A stretch of 64,000 bases of DNA from a virus, in IMG/VR virus record IMGVR_UViG_3300037086_000474, positions 1 to 64,000 of that record; one strand, 5' to 3'. Position numbers and translations under genes: made by a program. Below, piece by piece: positions 17,104 through 26,228 of this stretch; within the stretch, counting starts at the first letter, position 1, and the number at the start of each line of letters is the position of its first letter. The notes under the pieces are model-generated. The model made no database searches, was not told where the DNA came from, and saw nothing but the letters and a program-made list of their open reading frames with translations.

Positions 17104-17643
17104 ATGAAGATCCGGACCGGTTTCATCAGCAACAGCTCTTCAAGCTCTTTCATTATAGCATTCGCTAAGCTTCCTCATTCTATTGAGGAGATTCAAGAAA
17201 TGCTCTTTGGTAAAAAGGAACTCTACTACGACGCCTCCAAGCCTGGCAGCTACTACAACGCTTCTGCAACCGTGACCGCTCGTCGGGCTGCTGAAGATGT
17301 ATTTGCCAAGATTATGGAACAAGGTGCCCCCCTTACCATAAAGGAAATGACAGAAGAAGTCAGTCACGGAACTCTCTATAAGAGCAAGTGGTCGATCGGT
17401 CTCGACATCTCTGCAATCTACGACAAATTTGAAGACAAAAAAACTGGCGACGTTGATTATGATGCGGCCAACAAGGTTGTGGAAAAGCATGCTAGGGTCA
17501 TTGTCAAGAACTTTGTGAAGGATCACAAAGGAAAGTATTTCTTCATCTTTCACTATGCAGATGAAGATGGAAGCTTTGGCAGCATCATGGAACATCAGGG
17601 CCTTTTCAAGAAACTGCCGAGTTTGGTGATCAGCAATCACTAG
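17104..17643 (+). CDS. SNSS-motif protein 8
   Basis: MKIRTGFISNSSSSSFII; YADEDG near C-terminus. Confidence 0.8.
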   Translation: MKIRTGFISNSSSSSFIIAFAKLPHSIEEIQEMLFGKKELYYDASKPGSYYNASATVTARRAAEDVFAKIMEQGAPLTIKEMTEEVSHGTLYKSKWSIGLDISAIYDKFEDKKTGDVDYDAANKVVEKHARVIVKNFVKDHKGKYFFIFHYADEDGSFGSIMEHQGLFKKLPSLVISNH

Positions 17644-17924
17644 TGAACAGGCTTACAGTTATTGACAGCGTGCTCCTCAAGGAGATACTTATTGATCTTG
17701 AGAAACATAAGGCCAAACATTCAAAGGCCAGACATCAGGTCAAAGAAACTTTTTTCAAAAAGGAATATTATCTAGAGTTTCTTGATCATGATGAGGCATT
17801 TAAAGCTTGCATATATCTGCTAGCAAGCAAAAAAAGGTATTTGCTGAAGTATCGTATTAGTTTTGTACATGAAAAAAACCGATTGTATTTAGTTTATGTT
17901 CCTCCGGAGATACTCGCACAATAG
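17643..17924 (+). CDS. hypothetical protein
   Basis: GTG start overlapping the upstream stop. Confidence 0.55.
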   Translation: MNRLTVIDSVLLKEILIDLEKHKAKHSKARHQVKETFFKKEYYLEFLDHDEAFKACIYLLASKKRYLLKYRISFVHEKNRLYLVYVPPEILAQ

Positions 17925-17935
17925 GAGAAAACAAA

Positions 17936-18097
17936 ATGTCGGTAGACGCCAGAGTAGAAATTGAACTTGATTTAGCCCTTGAAGATTTTGAGCTTCTTGA
18001 AGAAGAGGCAAAGAATCTTAGCATAACGGTCGATGAACTTATTTTGAGGATGGTGAGGAGTCACATAGATGAAGGTACGCCAGGGATTCGTCAGTAA
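17936..18097 (+). CDS. small acidic ribbon-helix-helix-like protein (absent from ORF track)
   Basis: SD AGGAG; MSVDARVEIELDLALEDFELLEEEAKNLSITVDELILRMVRSHIDEGTPGIRQ*. Confidence 0.5.
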   Translation: MSVDARVEIELDLALEDFELLEEEAKNLSITVDELILRMVRSHIDEGTPGIRQ

Positions 18098-18656
18098 CAG
18101 TTCTTCAGCATCGTTTGTTGTCATGCTGAATGGAGTGGCACCTCTTTATGGAAAAGCCGTAAAGGCTCTTCGAGACAGCGGTCATCTCAAGGATCTTAAG
18201 TTCCCTACTCCAAAACAAATCGCAATCGAAATGCTCACTGCGGCAAATGGACATGAAAGTTACGACGGAGCTGATGAGCGTTATTCTGCGATGATTGCAA
18301 GTATTACTAAGGTAGATGATGACATCGACTATGTTGCCTTTCCGTCAATCAATTATGAAACAGAAATCTTCAAGAAAGAGGAGGGTGTTGTTCTCGTCCA
18401 GACTTGCAACAACCAGTGGGATGACTGGATGGTTGCCATCGAAAAAATCAAGACCAAGTATCCAGATGCTCAGATTGAGATTTTTGACGAGGGTGGTGAA
18501 CCGGATGATCTCTTCTCTGAAGAGTGGAACATTTGGAACAGTGAGGATGACAACAAAAACAATCCCCACTTCCTTCACTTCAACCATTTGAAGATGGTGA
18601 GAGAGGGAAAGAAGGTTTGTTTTCTTCATGAAGATAAATTTTACAAAAGAAGTTAG
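18069..18656 (+). CDS. SNSS-motif protein 9
   Basis: MKVRQGFVSNSSSASFVV. Confidence 0.8.
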   Translation: MKVRQGFVSNSSSASFVVMLNGVAPLYGKAVKALRDSGHLKDLKFPTPKQIAIEMLTAANGHESYDGADERYSAMIASITKVDDDIDYVAFPSINYETEIFKKEEGVVLVQTCNNQWDDWMVAIEKIKTKYPDAQIEIFDEGGEPDDLFSEEWNIWNSEDDNKNNPHFLHFNHLKMVREGKKVCFLHEDKFYKRS

Positions 18657-18678
18657 GATGCTTCTCATAAGGAATTAA

Positions 18679-19674
18679 ATGAATCTAATGTTGACATCGA
18701 AATGCAATAAGGGTTGTCCTTATTGTTTTTCGTCTAAATATAGAATCTCTGGTGGAATCGATACTAGTGAAATGAGCTTTGAGTATTTCACTAGTCTTCT
18801 CGACAAATTTCAGGATCTGAACATCGTGAAACTTCTAGGAGGAGAACCCACAAATCATCCAGAGTTCAAGAAATTTGTTACAGAGTTGATTAGGAGAAAA
18901 ATAGATTACATTCTCTTTACCAATCTTCTTTTTCCTGATGACATTACGGAATTTATGGCAGAGGCAGTCAAGGCTCCGCAAACTCGCCTTCTTATCAACT
19001 CAACTGACATTGACGTAAAAGACAGAATCAAAGTATGGTCTTCTAACTACAATAGGATCTATGAAAGTGCCTACGCTGTAAATAGAGAAGAAAATCTAAC
19101 TTGTGGAATCACTTTCGATGAGGAAAAAGACTATAAATATTACATAAACTATATTGATTTCTTATTGCAACACATTCATAAGATTGAATACGTAAGACTG
19201 AGTCTTACTTTTCCTGAAAAGTTGGATGACAAGAATCAGTTTTATGCAATCAACAACAAGGCCCTTGGTGAAAAGATGTTGATTGTTTCTAGAAAGATAA
19301 TTGATCTCAACGCTAAGCCAAATATAGATTGTACAATTTATCCTTGTATGTTTGAAAACAAAGAAGAGTGGAAATTTTTGAGAAAGTTCTCGGATTCGCC
19401 GATTTCTACTAGATGCATGAACAATCATCACCAAGTTCTAAATACTGGTGAGATGTTCTATTGTTATCCTCTGAGAGGATCTTTAGACGATGATATTATT
19501 GGATATGAAACGAATGCTCAGATTCTAAAAGAAATGAAACGGCGATATGATGTACTTTTTTCTATGGTGGAAAAACCGGAAGTATGTAAAGCGTGCGCCT
19601 TTTTTAAGGCAGAAGAATGTCCTGGGCCATGCTTGGGGTTTTACGATTTGTCGAAGATTGAGAAACCATTTTAG
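18679..19674 (+). CDS. radical SAM protein with SPASM-type C-terminal Cys cluster
   Basis: LTSKCNKGCPYCF, LLGGEPTNHPEF, FTNL, CKACAFFKAEECPGPC. Confidence 0.9.
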   Translation: MNLMLTSKCNKGCPYCFSSKYRISGGIDTSEMSFEYFTSLLDKFQDLNIVKLLGGEPTNHPEFKKFVTELIRRKIDYILFTNLLFPDDITEFMAEAVKAPQTRLLINSTDIDVKDRIKVWSSNYNRIYESAYAVNREENLTCGITFDEEKDYKYYINYIDFLLQHIHKIEYVRLSLTFPEKLDDKNQFYAINNKALGEKMLIVSRKIIDLNAKPNIDCTIYPCMFENKEEWKFLRKFSDSPISTRCMNNHHQVLNTGEMFYCYPLRGSLDDDIIGYETNAQILKEMKRRYDVLFSMVEKPEVCKACAFFKAEECPGPCLGFYDLSKIEKPF

Positions 19675-19689
19675 AAACAGGAGAAATAT

Positions 19690-20103
19690 ATGAAAATGAG
19701 AAGTGGATTTGTATCAAACAGTTCTTCAAGTTCGTTCATGATTGCCTTCAAGGGAAAGCCAACTAAGGATCAGTGGGATCAAATTTTCAAGATTGACAAG
19801 ACCTCACCAATCTATGGTATCATAGCAGAAATTGTTTCAACCATCGAAGAATGTGTTGAACACACCTTCTATCCGTCTGCCGACTATCCAGCTTCACCGT
19901 CAAATGACTACTCCGACTATTTAAGAGATGAGGAGGGCGGAGACGAAGGAGATAAAAACGTTTGGGAAGCCCTCAAAAACGGCTATACTGTAATGATCGG
20001 TGATTTCGCAGATGACAATGGTCCAATCGAGTCAATGCTCTGTGGGCAGGATCTCTTCTACAAAGACGAAAATTTGATTATCAAGCATGATGGAGGCTAT
20101 TGA
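19690..20103 (+). CDS. SNSS-motif protein 10
   Basis: MKMRSGFVSNSSSSSFMI; FADDNG. Confidence 0.8.
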   Translation: MKMRSGFVSNSSSSSFMIAFKGKPTKDQWDQIFKIDKTSPIYGIIAEIVSTIEECVEHTFYPSADYPASPSNDYSDYLRDEEGGDEGDKNVWEALKNGYTVMIGDFADDNGPIESMLCGQDLFYKDENLIIKHDGGY

Positions 20104-20447
20104 TGAAGATCAGAAGTGGATTTGTTTCAAATAGTTCAACCAGTTCATTCATCATGCTTGGTTTCAAGGTCAAATATGAAGAAGATCTTGAAACCAAGGT
20201 GGATGAATTCAACGAGCGCATAGCCAATTATGTGAAACTTGAACACTTAAGTGGAGACAGTGATGATACCTATCTCGGTAAGATTCTACTCTATGAATCT
20301 GATGAAGATGGTTACATTTCACCCAAGTCTATCTCTCTCGATGAGGTCAAAAAGTTTGAGAAAGGACTTGATCTTCATCGATATATTTTCAAAGGTGTCT
20401 TTGGATATGAGATGCCAGAACTCTCAATCATAGGTGGTTCAATCTGA
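20103..20447 (+). CDS. SNSS-motif protein 11
   Basis: MKIRSGFVSNSSTSSFIM. Confidence 0.8.
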   Translation: MKIRSGFVSNSSTSSFIMLGFKVKYEEDLETKVDEFNERIANYVKLEHLSGDSDDTYLGKILLYESDEDGYISPKSISLDEVKKFEKGLDLHRYIFKGVFGYEMPELSIIGGSI

Positions 20448-20881
20448 GAATTCGAATGGGTTTCGTCAGCAATAGCTCATCATCCTCTTTCTATATCACC
20501 AACAAATCTGACAAAACTCTCACTCTTGTAGATTTTGTGAAAGAGAACCCTCAACTTATCAAACAATATCTTGATAGGTATTGGGACAACCATGGTGAAG
20601 GAGAATACCCTGATCCATATGCTGAGGACGACGACGAATATACCATTTATGAAGCCAAACAACTTCTAAGTAATGGGTATCCTACTAAACACTTTACTCA
20701 GAAAAGAATGATTGAGGAGGCTGCTGATAAATTCTATTTCGAATGGAATCCACGCGAGATGTCCTCATGCACTTTTGCGGATGATGATGGTTCGACGCTT
20801 GGACAAGTTCTCCGAATAATACTTGAAAAAGATGGAGAAAGTAAAAATTTTCGATGGCACTTTAGCCAATCCAATCAATAG
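20444..20881 (+). CDS. SNSS-motif protein 12 (probable CTG start)
   Basis: CTG AGA ATT CGA ATG GGT TTC GTC AGC AAT = (M)RIRMGFVSNSSSSSF; FADDDG. Confidence 0.75.
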   Translation: MRIRMGFVSNSSSSSFYITNKSDKTLTLVDFVKENPQLIKQYLDRYWDNHGEGEYPDPYAEDDDEYTIYEAKQLLSNGYPTKHFTQKRMIEEAADKFYFEWNPREMSSCTFADDDGSTLGQVLRIILEKDGESKNFRWHFSQSNQ

Positions 20882-20896
20882 CATATTTTATTCATC

Positions 20897-21343
20897 ATGA
20901 AACTTAGACAAGGATTCGTCAGCAATAGCTCATCTTGCTCATTTCTTATTACGAACACATCCGATAAATCTCTTACATTAGTGGATTTTGTGAAAGAAAA
21001 TCCTCAACTCATCAAAGAATACCTTGACGAATACTGGAGCAATGAAAGTGACGATCCATATCCTGATCCTTATATTGAAGAATTCGAGGGAGATGAGGCC
21101 GTTAAGGAAGCCAAAAAACTTCTGAGTGGTAACGAGGGTAGATACGAATACACTCAGGCTGCTCTTGTATTGGGTGCAGGCACGGGTCCCCGATATAAAA
21201 CCAATTTTTCTCCTCATTCAAGCAAGCTCTGTGAGTTTGGAGATGAAGATGGTACAGTAATTGGTCAGGTTTTTGATTATGCTCTTAGACATGGTGGTCA
21301 CAGCAAGAATTGGAAGTGGAAACTTGACCACATGAATCGATAG
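20897..21343 (+). CDS. SNSS-motif protein 13
   Basis: MKLRQGFVSNSSSCSFLI; close paralog of protein 12; FGDEDG. Confidence 0.8.
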   Translation: MKLRQGFVSNSSSCSFLITNTSDKSLTLVDFVKENPQLIKEYLDEYWSNESDDPYPDPYIEEFEGDEAVKEAKKLLSGNEGRYEYTQAALVLGAGTGPRYKTNFSPHSSKLCEFGDEDGTVIGQVFDYALRHGGHSKNWKWKLDHMNR

Positions 21344-21368
21344 CCTCTTTTAAAAGGAAAAAAAACAA

Positions 21369-21710
21369 ATGAAAATCAGAGAAGGTTTTGTCAGCAACAG
21401 TTCTACGAGTTCATTCATAGTTTTGGCCTGTGAGATTCCAGAAAATATTCTCACAGATGACGCGAGAAAAGCTCTGATAGAGAAAAGCATGCTTTTGCAA
21501 AATGACGGCGAGGAGTTTCTTGGAAGAGTTCTTTGGACTGCCAGTGATGATAGTGGCTTTGAAGTCAGAGACTTCCAAGAGTTCAGAGATGACATGGCAA
21601 ATGAATATGGCAAAGTTGTTGCAGAGGCTTCAAATCTGGGCATCAATAGCCCAGTAAAAATAATTTATGGAGTCGCCTATGAAGGTGGATTCTGTGAGGT
21701 GGATGAATGA
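21369..21710 (+). CDS. SNSS-motif protein 14
   Basis: MKIREGFVSNSSTSSFIV. Confidence 0.8.
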   Translation: MKIREGFVSNSSTSSFIVLACEIPENILTDDARKALIEKSMLLQNDGEEFLGRVLWTASDDSGFEVRDFQEFRDDMANEYGKVVAEASNLGINSPVKIIYGVAYEGGFCEVDE

Positions 21711-22087
21711 AGATCAGACAGGGGTTTGTTTCAAACAGTTCTGCTAGTTCTTTTTGTATTTATGGGGCTCACTTTTCAGACATCAATGAGGCCGTTGAGT
21801 TGATTTCTGAGATCGGTGGAGATATTATGCTTGTCGACCAGGCTAAAGCTTTACTTGGTGGTGACGAGGGTGACCCAAACGATCTCTTAGAACAGTGGGC
21901 TGATAAAGAGGATCTCTCTTTTATCAGAGGTCCAGATGGAGATGGAGTGTATATTGGCCGTGAATGGTCATCAGTCAAAGATGATGAAACTGGTCACCAG
22001 TTCAAAGATTCTATAGAAGAAAAACTCAAAACAATTTTCGGAAAGGTTGCTTTCGGTACTTTATCTGAAGCATGGTATGATGGATAA
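21707..22087 (+). CDS. SNSS-motif protein 15
   Basis: MKIRQGFVSNSSASSFCI. Confidence 0.8.
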   Translation: MKIRQGFVSNSSASSFCIYGAHFSDINEAVELISEIGGDIMLVDQAKALLGGDEGDPNDLLEQWADKEDLSFIRGPDGDGVYIGREWSSVKDDETGHQFKDSIEEKLKTIFGKVAFGTLSEAWYDG

Positions 22088-22093
22088 CACTTT

Positions 22094-22115
22094 GGGGCCC
22101 AACGGCCCCTTTTTT
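22094..22115 (+). terminator. intrinsic terminator closing the SNSS array
   Basis: GGGGCC-caac-GGCCCC-TTTTTT. Confidence 0.8.
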
Positions 22116-22136
22116 ATTTCTGTTCATTCTGCCCTA

Positions 22137-22196
22137 TAAGATAACCTAAATCACTACTCCCAAACATAATCTTTTAACTGAAAATAAACAAGATAA
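22137..22196 (+). promoter_or_regulatory. two AAGATAA boxes (putative late promoter)
   Basis: TAAGATAA 22137 and AAGATAA 22190, upstream of the first structural gene. Confidence 0.45.
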
Positions 22197-22230
22197 GCTA
22201 AAGTCGTTTGCTCATAGGAGATAATGTCGA

Positions 22231-24327
22231 ATGGCTATTTTATATCTAAAAAACTTGACAGGTTCAGAACAAACAGTCGATGATCTAGGCATTGTCATTG
22301 ACGATCATCAGTCTATTCAGATCGATGAAAACGACATCAATGGAATGCTCACTACGGACATGATTTCAACCTTGGCAAATGATAGTAACCCATCACATGG
22401 ATTGATTTTGTCTACAACTGACATTGGTGATACTTCTGGAGATTTGCCATATGCTGTCGCTCTAGAACGCATTGCACTCAAAACACATTGGAAGCCACCA
22501 GTAGCCACTCATGCAAATCTTCCTATCAGTGGAAATGAGCTTGGTGATTTGAGATATGTTGAAGATGTTGGGGCTATTTATCGATGGGATCAACCAAGTG
22601 TTTCTTGGATAAAGATTACCAGCAATACTACTCTTACTGTTACGGAGATTGATTATAATCCTATAGGAACTGACATCACTAAGTTAGTTTTCGTAGATAT
22701 ACCTGAAGATGGTGTTTTTGTCGATCAATCAAACAATACTGCCTATATTGGTGCTCCTATTCCACCAGGAACTTTGAATGCTAAATCTCTTGCAATAACT
22801 GGACCAACTCTAGTTAGTGCAGGGCTTTCGCAAGGAAATACAAACTACAAGGTTTCTGATCCAGCCGGAAATGTTGTCAATTATGATACAAACTTGGCTA
22901 GTGTTCCAGTAGTTTCTTTTTCAACTCCATCAGGAGACTATTGCAATTATGGTGACAAGGGAACGGCTTCTGTTTGGATTAATGGAACGAAAGTCGTAAC
23001 AATCGATCTTGTAGTAAATTTCAACGAGACTAATAGAAACTTATCACAAAACATTGCAACCGATTATCATACTACTGGAACTGGTAATCCACTCACTTCT
23101 GGAGTTGCAAACTTTATCGGTGGGGCTGCTGGAAAGGGAAATTTAACAATTAATTCAGTTGCTATTTATCAAAATTTTCCATTCTTCCAGAAATGGACCG
23201 CCACTATCAACGTAACAGACCATAGTCTTTTCAGACAGGGATATAATTCAATCTATATGACACACGATAGTCTTAGTTCGTATGGTGGGGACCAGACATC
23301 AAACACTGTTGATCTATTCTATGATATAGCCATTACAACTCCAGCAGTCAATACACCAACGGTTACTGAAGATGTTCCAGTCTACAGAGATTTATCAGGT
23401 GTAAAATATTATGACGCAAATTCTACTTGGAAAATTGGCTTTGTTGGGTCACATTGTTTCGATGATGTTTATCATCCATCTGGTGCACCACTAGTTGTTT
23501 CTGGATGGCCAGGAATGACATCAACTCCAATTATGTATAGTGATACCCATGTCACTGGTGTGAGTGCTCCTCCAGCGATTGGTGATGTCATGACAGTTTC
23601 TAATTTGGGGATAACTGTTGGTATCAACCAAGTTTCCAGTAATGCCACAATAACAGTAACACCGAGAGGTCCATATGGATCTTATACTGCACAAACATCT
23701 GCTTCCCAAAACATCTTAATTTGGACCTATACTACTTCTTCAACCGATACTACCGAGTATTTCAGAGACGAACAATATCGTTTACTCAATGGTAATTATA
23801 CTACTATTCCTGCTACGATTACCAATCAATGGGATAGCTCACAGAGTCTTGTGACGTATGATGATACAAAGGGGTTGCAACTTTATCTGAATCAGCTCAT
23901 TCAACCGGCTCTGAATTTCTCAACTTATTATCCAACTGGAAATCCAAATTACTCTTCACTTTCATCTACTACAAATAGAATCTATTTGCGAGCTTTTAGA
24001 GGAATGAATGTCTCACACGCTAATGGAACTTTGAGATTAACTGGTGTAACAAAAACTCAGCTTAGTGCTGGATCAATCAAAATTGAAATCAAGGCACCAT
24101 CTCAAACCGGTTGGCTTGATTTGAGCAAGGATTACAACTTTGCTACATTTACAGGCATTGATGGAGATGGGTGCTGGGTAAATAAAGACATTCAATCGAA
24201 TTCAGATTTCCAATTCTCTCTCGGTAGTTTCTATACACAAAATAGTGGATGGATGGTTATAGTAAGAGTAACGTATCCATTAAATACGGCTCCAATCCTT
24301 ACGGGCATGTCGATAACCGACTGGTAA
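22231..24327 (+). CDS. virion structural protein (T/S/N/G-rich, shared N-terminal module)
   Basis: N-term YLKNLTGSEQTVDDLGI shared with other fibre-like genes; beta-rich composition. Confidence 0.65.
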   Translation: MAILYLKNLTGSEQTVDDLGIVIDDHQSIQIDENDINGMLTTDMISTLANDSNPSHGLILSTTDIGDTSGDLPYAVALERIALKTHWKPPVATHANLPISGNELGDLRYVEDVGAIYRWDQPSVSWIKITSNTTLTVTEIDYNPIGTDITKLVFVDIPEDGVFVDQSNNTAYIGAPIPPGTLNAKSLAITGPTLVSAGLSQGNTNYKVSDPAGNVVNYDTNLASVPVVSFSTPSGDYCNYGDKGTASVWINGTKVVTIDLVVNFNETNRNLSQNIATDYHTTGTGNPLTSGVANFIGGAAGKGNLTINSVAIYQNFPFFQKWTATINVTDHSLFRQGYNSIYMTHDSLSSYGGDQTSNTVDLFYDIAITTPAVNTPTVTEDVPVYRDLSGVKYYDANSTWKIGFVGSHCFDDVYHPSGAPLVVSGWPGMTSTPIMYSDTHVTGVSAPPAIGDVMTVSNLGITVGINQVSSNATITVTPRGPYGSYTAQTSASQNILIWTYTTSSTDTTEYFRDEQYRLLNGNYTTIPATITNQWDSSQSLVTYDDTKGLQLYLNQLIQPALNFSTYYPTGNPNYSSLSSTTNRIYLRAFRGMNVSHANGTLRLTGVTKTQLSAGSIKIEIKAPSQTGWLDLSKDYNFATFTGIDGDGCWVNKDIQSNSDFQFSLGSFYTQNSGWMVIVRVTYPLNTAPILTGMSITDW

Positions 24328-24353
24328 AATATATTTTCTAAAGAGGTAAAACT

Positions 24354-24572
24354 ATGAAAATTGAACAATTGAAAGTGGCTTTGAATGGTGCGGTGACTCC
24401 AAAGATGCAGAAGGCTATCAAGGAGCGACTCATTCGCGCAATTAAGAATGATCCAGATCTTGAAAGTCTTTTGGAAGATATGGCAGCTAAGAAGGGTAAT
24501 GCAGTGCGTGTTTATACTGATGGATTGAAAAAGGCTGTTGAAGCATTTGTAACCTTTTATAAGGGAAAATAA
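24354..24572 (+). CDS. small charged protein
   Basis: SD GAGG, operonic. Confidence 0.6.
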   Translation: MKIEQLKVALNGAVTPKMQKAIKERLIRAIKNDPDLESLLEDMAAKKGNAVRVYTDGLKKAVEAFVTFYKGK

Positions 24573-24799
24573 TGCAGTTAGACAGCTTATTTCTAGAAGA
24601 GAAACAACAATTGCCAGCCCAAAAAATGAAAGTCCCAGAAACTTCGGTGAATTTAACTGAACCTCAAGTAAGAGATTTCATCAAGTTTCTAAATGAACAC
24701 ATACATGATTTATCAAAAGTTAAAATAGTAAAATTTGGAAACGGTCTGATGCTAAGAGAGGGCAATGAAAAGTCCTATATCAGACTAGAGAAGGAGTAA
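24572..24799 (+). CDS. small charged protein, possible internal head protein
   Basis: N-term MQLDSLFLEE. Confidence 0.55.
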   Translation: MQLDSLFLEEKQQLPAQKMKVPETSVNLTEPQVRDFIKFLNEHIHDLSKVKIVKFGNGLMLREGNEKSYIRLEKE

Positions 24800-24803
24800 G
24801 TAA

Positions 24804-25163
24804 ATGAAATCAGTGAAAGATTTAGTTAAGAGACTCGCAGAAGAGACTTATCAAATAAAGGAAGGAGATGGCGACAAGGATTTAGCAAAAGAGGACGCTC
24901 TTTCTCTTATTGCCGACTTTGTAAAAGAAGTGAAGAAATCCTTCAAAGACAAAGAAGATGAACTCGAGATTTTGAGGGCCGCTTCTAAAACTCTTGAATT
25001 CTTTATCAATGAAATTGCTAGTGCAGATATGGAACCAACTGAACCAAGTTCGGCTCTTGGATTTGGTTCTCCTTCGATGGGACCAGAAGGTGGAGAGGAA
25101 GAGGAAGAAGAAGATGGGGAAGATGAGATTCCAGTAGAAGAACCAAGAAGTATCAAAAAGTAA
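24804..25163 (+). CDS. acidic protein, possible prohead core/internal protein
   Basis: N-term MKSVKDLVKRLAEE; Glu-rich tail. Confidence 0.6.
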   Translation: MKSVKDLVKRLAEETYQIKEGDGDKDLAKEDALSLIADFVKEVKKSFKDKEDELEILRAASKTLEFFINEIASADMEPTEPSSALGFGSPSMGPEGGEEEEEEDGEDEIPVEEPRSIKK

Positions 25164-25190
25164 ATTATTGCAACAAAATGGAGGATTATT

Positions 25191-25973
25191 ATGGCTTATG
25201 ATCAAACAGAGATAACAGCCCTCAATGCACCATGGAGATGGGTAAGACAGATAAAGTGGCTAAAGGGTGATTCAGCCCCACTAGACCCAGCTCCTACAAA
25301 TGCAGCTGCACAACTTGCAGCCTTGGATCCAAGCTACAGGTCAGTACTTGAATATGTCGAAGGAATCGACATTGGAGATGTTCATGGAGCAACAATCCCA
25401 ACAGTTGCGATCAAATCAGTTGGAGCAACATCTGTAGTGTTCTCAATTACTGATCAAGACGTCGATTGTGACGGAGTATTCTATGGACTCAATACACAAA
25501 ACTATGATGGATCGACAACTCCATCGGCCCCAGGAAGCTGGTCGAATGATACAGGTCTCACGAGTTATGTCAACAAGACTTTCACAGCATCTGGATTGAC
25601 TCCTGGAAAGCATCTCGCATTCTCATTCAAGGGAAAACAGGGTGCGGCAACATACAGCACAGCGACCGCTGTTCTCTACGCAATACTAGCTCCTGCTGCT
25701 GTTGCTGATCTTGCAGCAGTTGATGGAACGGGGCACGCGAATGTTAGTTGGACTCCTTCTGCTGGTATCGCTTCTCAGACTTTATATTACAAAACGGGAT
25801 TGACTGCAACAGTTTCGAGTATAGTATCAACAGGAACTGCAGTGACTCTCTTGAAGACAGACACTACAAAAGCAGTCACACTGGCCGCAGGTGATTATTC
25901 ATTCGCTATTGTTTCGACAAACCCAAGCGGTTCTGTAAATAACACAGCAGCTGCGCGTGTCACGCTCGTATAA
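25191..25973 (+). CDS. virion decoration-like protein with FnIII-like beta-sandwich domains
   Basis: FTASGLTPG...FSFK; ANVSWTP...LYYK...LAAGDYSFAIVSTN. Confidence 0.6.
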   Translation: MAYDQTEITALNAPWRWVRQIKWLKGDSAPLDPAPTNAAAQLAALDPSYRSVLEYVEGIDIGDVHGATIPTVAIKSVGATSVVFSITDQDVDCDGVFYGLNTQNYDGSTTPSAPGSWSNDTGLTSYVNKTFTASGLTPGKHLAFSFKGKQGAATYSTATAVLYAILAPAAVADLAAVDGTGHANVSWTPSAGIASQTLYYKTGLTATVSSIVSTGTAVTLLKTDTTKAVTLAAGDYSFAIVSTNPSGSVNNTAAARVTLV

Positions 25974-25986
25974 TAGGGAGTTTTAA

Positions 25987-26157
25987 ATGAAAATCAGAAT
26001 TGAGAAAAAAAGTGCAAGACAGTATCTGATTCTTCTTGGATCAGAAACAGAAGTGAACGGTTTCTTTCTTACACCAGAAGATCTTGCCAAGCTTAAGACA
26101 AATGTGACTGAAGCTGTTGAATTTCCAGACAGACAGGCCGTTGGAGATGTCATCTAA
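25987..26157 (+). CDS. small hypothetical protein (absent from ORF track)
   Basis: SD GGGAG; MKIRIEKKSARQYLILLGSETEVNGFFLTPEDLAKLKTNVTEAVEFPDRQAVGDVI*. Confidence 0.55.
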   Translation: MKIRIEKKSARQYLILLGSETEVNGFFLTPEDLAKLKTNVTEAVEFPDRQAVGDVI

Positions 26158-26228
26158 ATAGAATTCATTGAGCGTTAAAAATAGCAAACTCAATTCATTT
26201 GTTTTTGAAATTATAGGGAGACATAGCA

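Noticed and set aside
12721-22087. MKxRxG|F resembles a type IV prepilin (class III) cleavage site
   Set aside because: No hydrophobic helix or Glu+5 follows; the next residues are VSNSSSSS, and one member has SF in place of GF
12721-22087. Recurring DNA similarity at SNSS gene starts as a CRISPR array or DGR repeat
   Set aside because: Variation is at synonymous positions, spacing is gene-sized and irregular, and no cas or reverse transcriptase gene is in the window
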